DNA of 64,000 nucleotides, taken from the NCBI GenBank assembly GCA_043803805.1, contig JAZDJP010000086.1, forward strand, positions 7,271-71,270, written 5' to 3'. Positions within the stretch are counted from its first letter, which is position 1. Each line of letters starts with the position of its first letter. The translations under genes and the position numbers were made by a program. This DNA comes from Planctomycetota bacterium. Its GTDB lineage: Bacteria; Planctomycetota; JAZDJP01. Below are positions 56,700 to 64,000 of the stretch, in pieces. The notes under the pieces were generated by a model. It did not search any database and was not told the origin of the DNA. It saw only the letters and a program-made list of their open reading frames with translations.

Positions 56700-58022
56700 A
56701 TGATCGAGCCGCGCACCCTCAAGGGCTTCCGGGACTATCCCCCCGCCCTCATGATCCCCCGTGAGCGGATGCTGGAAACGATCCGCGGGGTTTTCCGTTC
56801 CTACGGATTCGCCCCCATCGACACGCCGGCGCTCGAATACGCGGAGATCCTCCTCGGCAAAGGGGGGGATGAAACCGACCGGCAGATTTATCGTTTCACG
56901 GACCATGGCGGACGGGACGTGGCGCTCCGCTTCGACCTCACGGTCCCCTTCGCCCGGTTTTCCGCCCGGCACGTTCCGACGCTCGGGACGCCGTTCAAGC
57001 GGTACCACATCGCCCCCGTGTGGCGCGGAGAGAATACCCAGCGCGGGCGCTACCGCGAATTCCTCCAGTGCGACTTCGACATCATCGGCACCGCGGCCAA
57101 CGCCGCCGATATCGAGATCGCGCTGGTCATCCACGACCTGCTCGCCGCCCTAAACGTCGGGGAATTCCGAATCCATGTGAACAACCGCCTCGTCCTGAAC
57201 GGGCTTCTCGATGCGCTGGGACTGACAGGGAACGCCGGGGCGGCACTCCGAGCCCTCGACAAACTCCCAAAGGCGGGACGCGACGCCGTCCGTGAAGAGA
57301 TGACCGCAAAAGCCGGGGCGTCCGCCGAGGCCGCCGATCGGCTTCTCGCACTGCCCGCGCCCGGCGGCACGAACACCGAGAAACTCGCCGCCATCGAGCG
57401 GGACTGCGCGGCCAACCCGAAGGCCCGGGAGGGGATCGTCCGCCTGAAGGAACTCTTCGCCGTCGCGGCCGCCGTCGGGGTGCCGGAGGAACGATTTGTC
57501 TTCGACCCGACCATTGCCCGCGGGCTCGACTACTATACCGGGACCGTCTTTGAAACATTCCTCGGGGAACTCCCTGGAATCGGCAGCGTCTGTTCCGGCG
57601 GACGCTACGACAACCTCGCCGGCCTCTACACCAAACAGGTCCTGCCAGGGGTTGGGGCTTCGCTCGGATTGGACCGGTTCCTGGCCGCCCTCGAGGAACT
57701 CGGGCGCCTGGAAACAACTTCCACCATGGCGCCGGTATTCATTGTTTTGTTCGATGCCGGACGTCTGGCGGACTGTCAACGCATGGGACGACACCTCCGG
57801 GCGAAAGGCATCGGCGCGGAGGTTTTTCCGGAGGCAAAGAAAATCGGCCCGCAACTCGCATACGCCGCGAAACGCGGATTCCGGATCGCCCTCATCGCGG
57901 GCCCCGACGAGTTCGCCAAGGGCGTCTGGCAGGTGAAGGATCTCACCTCCGGTGAAAGCGTCCTGATTCCCGAAATCGCCGTCGCCGGGGAGATCGGACG
58001 GCGGCTGGTCACGACAACGTAA
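56700..58022 (+). CDS. hisS: Histidyl-tRNA synthetase
   Basis: KGFRD, ALRFDLTVP, WRGENTQRGRYREFLQCDFD, ARGLDYYTG, GGRYDNL. Confidence 0.98.
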   Translation: MIEPRTLKGFRDYPPALMIPRERMLETIRGVFRSYGFAPIDTPALEYAEILLGKGGDETDRQIYRFTDHGGRDVALRFDLTVPFARFSARHVPTLGTPFKRYHIAPVWRGENTQRGRYREFLQCDFDIIGTAANAADIEIALVIHDLLAALNVGEFRIHVNNRLVLNGLLDALGLTGNAGAALRALDKLPKAGRDAVREEMTAKAGASAEAADRLLALPAPGGTNTEKLAAIERDCAANPKAREGIVRLKELFAVAAAVGVPEERFVFDPTIARGLDYYTGTVFETFLGELPGIGSVCSGGRYDNLAGLYTKQVLPGVGASLGLDRFLAALEELGRLETTSTMAPVFIVLFDAGRLADCQRMGRHLRAKGIGAEVFPEAKKIGPQLAYAAKRGFRIALIAGPDEFAKGVWQVKDLTSGESVLIPEIAVAGEIGRRLVTTT

Positions 58023-58083
58023 CGATCCGGCGATCCCCCGGCGCCATGACCCGTTGCCTGCGGGCGGGTCCCCCCATCTTTGA

Positions 58084-59109
58084 CTACCGGTCCCTCTCCA
58101 CCACCATCCGAGCAAGATCCCCCAGGCATGCATGGGAGGATCCCTCCGGCGCGCCATCGAGGGCACGGACGGCATCGGCCACAAAAGTCCTCGCTCGTCC
58201 CTCGGCATAGGCGAACGAACCGCGCTCAACGAGAAGGGACCGGAGCCCGACAACGCACCCGTCGCGAGCCACGGCGCGGATGAGATTCTCGAAACGCCCC
58301 CGCTCCCCGGGCCCGGCTGTCCGGAGAAGATGGATGATCGGAAGCGTCAGTTCGCCGTGGCGAACGTCCGTCGCGAGGGTCTTCCCCGCCACGCGCTCTT
58401 CCCCCCGCAGATCCAGACAGTCGTCCGTGATCTGAAAGGCCATTCCCAGATTCCGGCCGTAGACGGCCATTCGCGCCGCCTCCGAATCCCCCGCCCCGGC
58501 GAGAACCGCCCCAAGTTCCGCGGCGGCCTCGAAGAAGACAGCGGTCTTCCGCCCGATGATGTCATCGTAAATCTCCTCCCCAAGCGCCAGATTCCCCCGC
58601 TCCACGACCTGAAGAAGCTCCCCCTCGCACATGGCCCGGGTGGCTCGGGTGAGCCGCGCGAGAATGACGGGGGTTCCCGCCGCCGCGAGCTCACAGGCGT
58701 GGGCAAAGAGATAATCCCCGAAAAGCACCGCGACCGTGTTCCCACGAGTGGCGCTCAGGGTCGGACCGCCCCGGCGTAAAACCGCCTCGTCGAGCACATC
58801 GTCATGAAGCAGGGCCGCCAGATGCACCAGCTCCACCACGCGGGCGAGACGCACATGCTCCTCCGAAAGCGCCCCGAAAAGCCTGCCCGCCAAGAGGACA
58901 AGGGCCGACCGCAACCCTTTTCCTCGCCGGCCGGCGAGGTGGCCCCGGAGAGCCTCGAACCCGGCATGACCGGGGTCCAATCCATCGAAAAGCCCTTCGT
59001 CCGCGCGCCGAAGGTCATCCCGAACCGGAGCCACAATCGCCTCGAACGGAACGGAACGGAAACTTGTGGCGGAGAACGCCTCGCAATTCAGCATATCGTT
59101 CCTGTTCAC
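58084..59109 (-). CDS. Long-chain polyprenyl diphosphate synthase
   Basis: GKGLR, LLHDDVLD..RRG, GDYL, KTA, FQITDDCLD, GK. Exact start uncertain. Confidence 0.93.
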   Translation of the reverse strand: MNRNDMLNCEAFSATSFRSVPFEAIVAPVRDDLRRADEGLFDGLDPGHAGFEALRGHLAGRRGKGLRSALVLLAGRLFGALSEEHVRLARVVELVHLAALLHDDVLDEAVLRRGGPTLSATRGNTVAVLFGDYLFAHACELAAAGTPVILARLTRATRAMCEGELLQVVERGNLALGEEIYDDIIGRKTAVFFEAAAELGAVLAGAGDSEAARMAVYGRNLGMAFQITDDCLDLRGEERVAGKTLATDVRHGELTLPIIHLLRTAGPGERGRFENLIRAVARDGCVVGLRSLLVERGSFAYAEGRARTFVADAVRALDGAPEGSSHACLGDLARMVVERDR

Positions 59110-60236
59110 GGAGCGAAAACGGCCTGGTCCACGAAGAGCGCCCCCTCGGCCGTGCTATGATAGATGAGAAGGATGACCTCCCGAACGTCATTCAGGTTCT
59201 CGATGGGCTGGGTATAACGCCAGCCGCTCGCCTCGGACTTGAACGTCGCATCCTTGAGGGAATACATTACGCCCAACCGCCAGGCGCCGGGACTCACGAT
59301 TTCCGGCTGGCTCTCGAAATACCGGTAGCCGGGGAACGTCACGATGGCCAGCGCCAGCCCCAGAGGCCGATCGGACTGGTTGAAGACGTTGAGCGACAGG
59401 GCGTTCCTGCCCGAGAGGTCGACGGCAATTTTCTTCCCGATGGCGACCTTGTCCTTCCCCTCCTTCTTGAAATCCACCCGGAGGACCTTGTTCGCGGCAA
59501 AAGGTTCCGCTACGGTGTTCTCCGTGAGGGCGGCGGCATTCCCCCACGTCTGGATGACCCACCCTCCGCCCGCCTCGATGCCATCCACAGAATCGGCGGG
59601 TTTCTCGGGGGCGACCGGTTCCAAAGGTTTCTCAACGGCAATCGGATTCTCCGTGGGCGAAACGCTCTTCTCGACGGCGGCCAGGCGTTCCACAATGTCA
59701 TTCCGGGCGGGATTCCCGCGGAGGAAGCGCCGGTAGGCCCCGACGGCGCCGGGCCAGTCTTTCTTCGCCTCGAAGAGACGTCCCAGGGCAAGGAGGGCAT
59801 CCGGGGGCGGACGGGTCGACTTCACCGCCTCCTGGTAGGCCTGAAGGGCCTCGGCCATCATGCCGTATTGCTCACAGAGGATGCCCAGCCGGTGGAAAGC
59901 CTCACTGTCGTCAGGCAAAATTTTCCGGGCGTGGCCGGGATAGTCCATGACGATCTTTCCCCCTCCCCCGGGCTCGAAGCGGCGGCGCGGAATCCAGAGG
60001 TGTCCGTTCGCCTGGATCATCCGGATTCCCCCCGGAACATCCTCGACAATTTCCCCGATCTCCACCCAACCGTCCGTCGTAGTAATCTCATCCCTCACCC
60101 CGGCCAAAACGGGCACGGATATCGCCGGGGCCGGCATCGTTGCAGGAGATACGGACGCCGCCCCACCGGCAACCACGGGCAACACCGCCGCGAGGACGAG
60201 CACCGGAAAACCCCCAACCTTCCTTGGATGTTTCAT
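59106..60236 (-). CDS. Secreted TPR protein with a C-terminal carbohydrate-binding-like beta-sandwich
   Basis: Signal peptide; two TPRs (AFHRLGILC..AYQEAV; ALLALGRLF..AYRRFL); C-terminal DLSGRNALSLNVFN..LFVD pattern. Confidence 0.7.
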   Translation of the reverse strand: MKHPRKVGGFPVLVLAAVLPVVAGGAASVSPATMPAPAISVPVLAGVRDEITTTDGWVEIGEIVEDVPGGIRMIQANGHLWIPRRRFEPGGGGKIVMDYPGHARKILPDDSEAFHRLGILCEQYGMMAEALQAYQEAVKSTRPPPDALLALGRLFEAKKDWPGAVGAYRRFLRGNPARNDIVERLAAVEKSVSPTENPIAVEKPLEPVAPEKPADSVDGIEAGGGWVIQTWGNAAALTENTVAEPFAANKVLRVDFKKEGKDKVAIGKKIAVDLSGRNALSLNVFNQSDRPLGLALAIVTFPGYRYFESQPEIVSPGAWRLGVMYSLKDATFKSEASGWRYTQPIENLNDVREVILLIYHSTAEGALFVDQAVFAP

Positions 60237-60394
60237 GAACGATCCCCCTCCTCGTGGCTATTTTACGCTGGCACCGCGGTCGGTTCAATTTGAAACTCAT
60301 CTCCCGTGTGTCGTCAAGCGAAGTGAAAATACCTTGACGCCAAAATGTCCCGCCGTAAGATGCTGTCGTCACGGACATTTTAGGCGGGATCCCC

Positions 60395-61456
60395 ATGGTC
60401 ACCATCGAAGAACTTCTTCAGCTTCTGGTCGAAAAGCGCGGTTCGGACCTCCACATCACGGCGGGCTCCGCCCCCCGTATCCGGATTGACGGAGAGCTGC
60501 TCCCCACGGAGCATCCGGTGCTGTCCGCGGAGGATTCCCAGAAGCTCATCTACAGCGTCCTGGACAACGACCAGATCGCGAAGTTCGAAAAGGAGCTTGA
60601 GCTCGACTTCTCGTTCGGCATCGAGAACCTCGGACGATTCCGGACGAACGTATTCCTGCAACGAAGCGCCGTCGGGGCCGCCGTCCGCATCATCCCCTAC
60701 GAAGTGCGAACATTCCGGGACCTTGGCCTTCCCGAGGAGTTGTGCAAGCAGCTCTGCGACATCCCGCAGGGACTGGTTCTGGTGACCGGGTCGACCGGGA
60801 GCGGAAAGTCCACCACGCTTGCCGCGCTCATTGACTATATCAACACGAACCAGAACTGCCACGTCATCACCATCGAGGACCCCATCGAGTTCGTTCACCG
60901 GAACAAGAAATGTCTCTTCAATCAGCGCGAGGTCGGTTCCGACACCCACTCCTTTAATAACGCCCTCAAACGGATACTCCGCCAGGATCCCGACGTCGTG
61001 CTCATCGGCGAGATGCGCGACATCGAAACCATCGAGGCCGCCCTCACTATTTCCGAAACGGGGCACCTCACATTTGGAACGCTTCATACAAGCGACGTCG
61101 TCCAGACCATGAACCGCATCGTGGACGTCTTCCCGGCCCACCAGCAACAGCAGGTTCGGACACAGCTGTCGTTCACCCTGCGAGCCGTCTTCTGCCAGCA
61201 GCTCCTCCCCCGGGCCACGGGAAAGGGACGAGTCCTCGCCTCGGAGATCATGGTGTGCAATTCGGCCATCCGGGCACTCATCCGCGACAACAAGGCCCAC
61301 CAGATCTACTCCATCATCCAGACGAGCGGCAGGCTCGGGATGCAAACCATGAACCAGGCCCTTTCCGAACTCATAAAAAACAATCTCGTCACGCAGGAGG
61401 AGGCGTTCTCAAGGAGTAGCGACCTTGAGGATCTGAAACGGCTCCTCAACCGCTAA
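60395..61456 (+). CDS. pilT: Type IV pilus retraction ATPase
   Basis: GSDLHITAG, GRFRTNVF, TGSTGSGKSTTLA, EDPIEF, QREVG, LRQDPD, ETGHL, AIRALIRD, GMQTM. Confidence 0.96.
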   Translation: MVTIEELLQLLVEKRGSDLHITAGSAPRIRIDGELLPTEHPVLSAEDSQKLIYSVLDNDQIAKFEKELELDFSFGIENLGRFRTNVFLQRSAVGAAVRIIPYEVRTFRDLGLPEELCKQLCDIPQGLVLVTGSTGSGKSTTLAALIDYINTNQNCHVITIEDPIEFVHRNKKCLFNQREVGSDTHSFNNALKRILRQDPDVVLIGEMRDIETIEAALTISETGHLTFGTLHTSDVVQTMNRIVDVFPAHQQQQVRTQLSFTLRAVFCQQLLPRATGKGRVLASEIMVCNSAIRALIRDNKAHQIYSIIQTSGRLGMQTMNQALSELIKNNLVTQEEAFSRSSDLEDLKRLLNR

Positions 61457-61548
61457 GCGGCCCCCTATGACGGCATCGGCCCGCTTGTGCCGGATGCGGC
61501 ATCGAATGCTGATTTTAGTATTGCGTTCTTCATGCGAGGCCATGTAGC

Positions 61549-62646
61549 ATGCCGCCGTCCGACGACGTTGTCGAAACCTTTGCAGCGTTGAGTTTTCTCC
61601 CGCACGTGGGACCGATCACGTCCGCGCGACTCCTTGAACGCTTCGGCACGCCTGCGGCCATCCTCCAGGCCAGCGCGGGGGAACTTGCCGCCGTGGAGGG
61701 CATCGGCCCCTCGCGCGCCCCCGACATCGTCCGCGCCCGTGGTGAGGCCCTCCGGCTGGCACGGGAAGAAATCGCATCCGCCCGCCGGGACGGATTCGGC
61801 GTTCTTACACCCGGCGTTCCCGACTTCCCGGCCCCCCTCCGACACATGCCCGATCCACCGTCCGTTCTCTACGTCAGAGGGGAATACCGCGAGGAGGATG
61901 GACGCGCCGTCTCCGTCGTGGGTTCGCGGCGGGCCACACGCTACGGCCGGACGCAGGCGGAACGAATCGCCGGAGATTTGGCCCGGCGGGGATACACGGT
62001 GGTGAGCGGCCTCGCCCGCGGAATCGACCGCGCCGCCCACGAGGGGGCTCTCGGAGCCGGAGGACGGACCATCGCCATCCTCGGGAGCGGACTTCGGCGG
62101 CTCTACCCGCCGGAACACCGGGAGCTCGCCGACGCCATCGCCGCAAACGGCGCCGTGCTGTCAGAATTTCCCCTCGACACCCCGCCGGACCGCGGAAACT
62201 TCCCCCGGCGGAACCGACTCATCAGCGCGCTCTCCCTCGGCACGGTGGTCGTCGAGGCGGATGACAAAAGCGGCGCTCTCATCACCGCTCGATTCGCCGC
62301 CGAGCAGGGCCGCGAGGTGTTCGCGTTCCCCGGGCCGGTCGATTCCCCGGCAAGCCGGGGCACCCACGCCCTCATCCGGGACGGTGCGAAACTTGTCTCC
62401 TCCGTTGAAGACATCATCGAGGAATTTTACGACAACACCCCGGCATCTCCCAAACAGGTGCCCGCATTGGAAGCTCTTCCGCCCGGAGAGAAACAGGTTC
62501 TTGACACCCTTTCGGAAGGCGCCGCTGATCTTGAAACCATCGCCGTACGAACGGGGCTTGACATCCCCGACGCAGCGGCGGCGCTCACACGACTGGAATT
62601 GAAACGTCTTGTCCGCCGGTATGCGAATGGATACGCCCGGCGCTGA
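61549..62646 (+). CDS. dprA: DNA-processing protein DprA
   Basis: VVGSRRAT.YG, VSGLARGIDRAAH, NFPRRNRLIS, VVEA..SGALITA, GREVFA.PG; C-terminal winged helix. Confidence 0.97.
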   Translation: MPPSDDVVETFAALSFLPHVGPITSARLLERFGTPAAILQASAGELAAVEGIGPSRAPDIVRARGEALRLAREEIASARRDGFGVLTPGVPDFPAPLRHMPDPPSVLYVRGEYREEDGRAVSVVGSRRATRYGRTQAERIAGDLARRGYTVVSGLARGIDRAAHEGALGAGGRTIAILGSGLRRLYPPEHRELADAIAANGAVLSEFPLDTPPDRGNFPRRNRLISALSLGTVVVEADDKSGALITARFAAEQGREVFAFPGPVDSPASRGTHALIRDGAKLVSSVEDIIEEFYDNTPASPKQVPALEALPPGEKQVLDTLSEGAADLETIAVRTGLDIPDAAAALTRLELKRLVRRYANGYARR

Positions 62647-62677
62647 TCCACGGACGGCTTGTCAGTTGTAACAGCGG

Positions 62678-62929
62678 CTATCCGAAAACGTCCAATACGA
62701 GACCGATGTCCGCATGGGTCCGGGGGTTTCCGTCAGTCCCGTTGGTGAAGGCCAGCAAGGAAACACGGGCGCAATCCTGCACGAATCCCTGTATGCGTTG
62801 TATACCCCGAACAGCCACCCGGTTGTCGATCCGGACGTCCGCCACAATATTTTTCGGATCATGAAATCGCTGAACGGATTGCACCATCTGACCTATGAGC
62901 GGCACCCCGGCAAACGCAATGTTGGCCAT
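62678..62929 (-). CDS. Small hypothetical protein (83 aa)
   Basis: RBS GGGGAG; ends IGLVLDVFG, similar to the C-terminus of 53837-54016. No S17 motifs. Confidence 0.5.
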   Translation of the reverse strand: MANIAFAGVPLIGQMVQSVQRFHDPKNIVADVRIDNRVAVRGIQRIQGFVQDCARVSLLAFTNGTDGNPRTHADIGLVLDVFG

Positions 62930-63005
62930 ACAGAAACTCCCCCCGAAGACCCACTTCTTCCATCGGCACCATCGCGTGCCATCCGGAGGGAAATTTCGAA
63001 TAAAA

Positions 63006-63212
63006 TCAGGCAGGTTTCGCGGCGGACCGTTCTTTTTCGCGGATCACGGTCTCGATTCGCGCGATGTCCTTTCGGATATGATGCAGCTTCGCCGGCTTCT
63101 CCAGCTGTTCGGTCGCCCGCTGAAAACGGAGATTAAACAACTCCCTCCGAGCCTCCTGGCTCTTCTGCCGGAGCTCCTCCGCGGACATCTGACGGATTTC
63201 CTTGGCTTTCAT
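63006..63212 (-). CDS. rpmC: 50S ribosomal protein L29
   Basis: MKAKEIRQMSAEEL..ELFNLRFQ..QLEKP..IRKDIARIET. Confidence 0.97.
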   Translation of the reverse strand: MKAKEIRQMSAEELRQKSQEARRELFNLRFQRATEQLEKPAKLHHIRKDIARIETVIREKERSAAKPA

Positions 63213-63226
63213 GGCATCATGACCTG

Positions 63227-63652
63227 TCAACCACTCACCCGCTGGCGGCGCGCCACGAAGCGCGTACGGATCGGGAGTTTGTGGGCGACGCGATTCAACG
63301 TCTGGCGGGCGGTCTCCTCGGGAATCCCCCCGAGCTCGAAAATAACGGTCCCGGGCTTCACCACGGCGACATAATACTCCGGCTCCCCCTTCCCCTTCCC
63401 CATCCGGGTTTCCTCGGGGGTGGCGGTTACGGACTTGTGCGGAAAGACACGCATATAAACCTTCCCCTCGCGACCAAGGAAGTGTGTCGCGGCCACGCGC
63501 CCCGCCTCCAGCTGACGGTTCGAAATCCAACCGATATCGAGACTCTGCAGGCCATAATCGCCGTAGGCGACGTAATGCCCCTTGTGCGCCACTCCCTTGA
63601 TGACGCCCCGCTGGGTCTTACGAAACTTGACCCGTTTCGGCATGAGCGGCAT
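63227..63652 (-). CDS. rplP: 50S ribosomal protein L16
   Basis: [37 protein letters not shown]. Confidence 0.98.
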   Translation of the reverse strand: MPLMPKRVKFRKTQRGVIKGVAHKGHYVAYGDYGLQSLDIGWISNRQLEAGRVAATHFLGREGKVYMRVFPHKSVTATPEETRMGKGKGEPEYYVAVVKPGTVIFELGGIPEETARQTLNRVAHKLPIRTRFVARRQRVSG

Positions 63653-64000
63653 GACCGGTCTCCTTTCTCGCCGTCTCCCGCGGGGCGGCACCCTCCTCCG
63701 CGACTTTCTCGTCGCCCTTCAAACCGAGGTAAATCCAAACTTTGATGCCGATATTTCCATAGGTAGTCGAGGCCTCGGCAAATCCATAGGATATGACGGC
63801 CCGCAGGGTGTGGAGAGGAACCTTCCCCACGTGGTAGGTCTCCTGGCGGGCGATCTCCGCCCCTCCCAGACGCCCGGAGCACTGGATTTTCACCCCGAGG
63901 GCGCCCATCTTCATCGTGCCCTCCATCGCCCGCTTCATCACCCGCCTGAAACTTGCGCGCTTGACCAGCTGTTCCGCAATGGCCTCTCCAACAAGTTGCG
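63618..64000 (-). CDS. rpsC: 30S ribosomal protein S3 (5' part outside window)
   Basis: [37 protein letters not shown]. Confidence 0.97.
   Translation of the reverse strand, partial: QLVGEAIAEQLVKRASFRRVMKRAMEGTMKMGALGVKIQCSGRLGGAEIARQETYHVGKVPLHTLRAVISYGFAEASTTYGNIGIKVWIYLGLKGDEKVAEEGAAPRETARKETGHAAHAETGQVS

Noticed and set aside
62955-62985. Sigma54 promoter (TGGCACG) upstream of the 83-aa ORF, and a similar TGGCACG near 54098
   Set aside because: The GG-to-GC spacing is not the required 10 nt at the first site. The second lies inside the bL37-like gene and also has the wrong spacing.
63618-63652. 35-nt rpsC/rplP overlap as a frameshift or recoding signal
   Set aside because: Both proteins are complete, and a variable S3 tail overlapping the L16 start is common.

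Overview
GC-rich bacterial chromosome segment, most likely from a planctomycete or related PVC-group organism. This is inferred from the membrane-anchored ECF sigma with a large exported tail, a DUF1559/H-X9-DG prepilin, a Zn-ribbon SpoVG and the secreted glycan-active families. Layout: (1) 1-15.2 kb is a minus-strand cluster of large secreted proteins (two GH123/DUF6067-like, one FG-GAP, one PQQ propeller) plus a class III aminotransferase. It is headed by an ECF sigma whose extracytoplasmic tail has a free-standing secreted paralogue at the far end of the same cluster. (2) tRNA-Ala, a HAD phosphatase and an orphan integron cassette (attI-like site, gene, attC, no integrase). (3) 17-29 kb holds sugar/oxidoreductase catabolic genes. 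(4) 29-38 kb holds envelope-stress genes, a GntR-ABC operon, a decayed toxin-antitoxin pair, an argS fragment, GH88 and a WG-repeat lipoprotein, interspersed with several REP/MITE-like repeat families. (5) zwf, a prepilin and a FecR / outer-membrane barrel / SLH-like / CHASE2 adenylate cyclase operon. (6) Housekeeping genes (ispE, spoVG, ilvN, ilvC, leuA, aroE, hisS, polyprenyl synthase), two tiny ribosomal-protein genes missed by the ORF track (bS22-like and bL37-like), GAF-PilB, pilT, dprA, and the end of an S10 operon that stops after rpmC. No CRISPR array, rRNA or transposase was seen. All product calls come from recognising motifs by eye; no searches were run.
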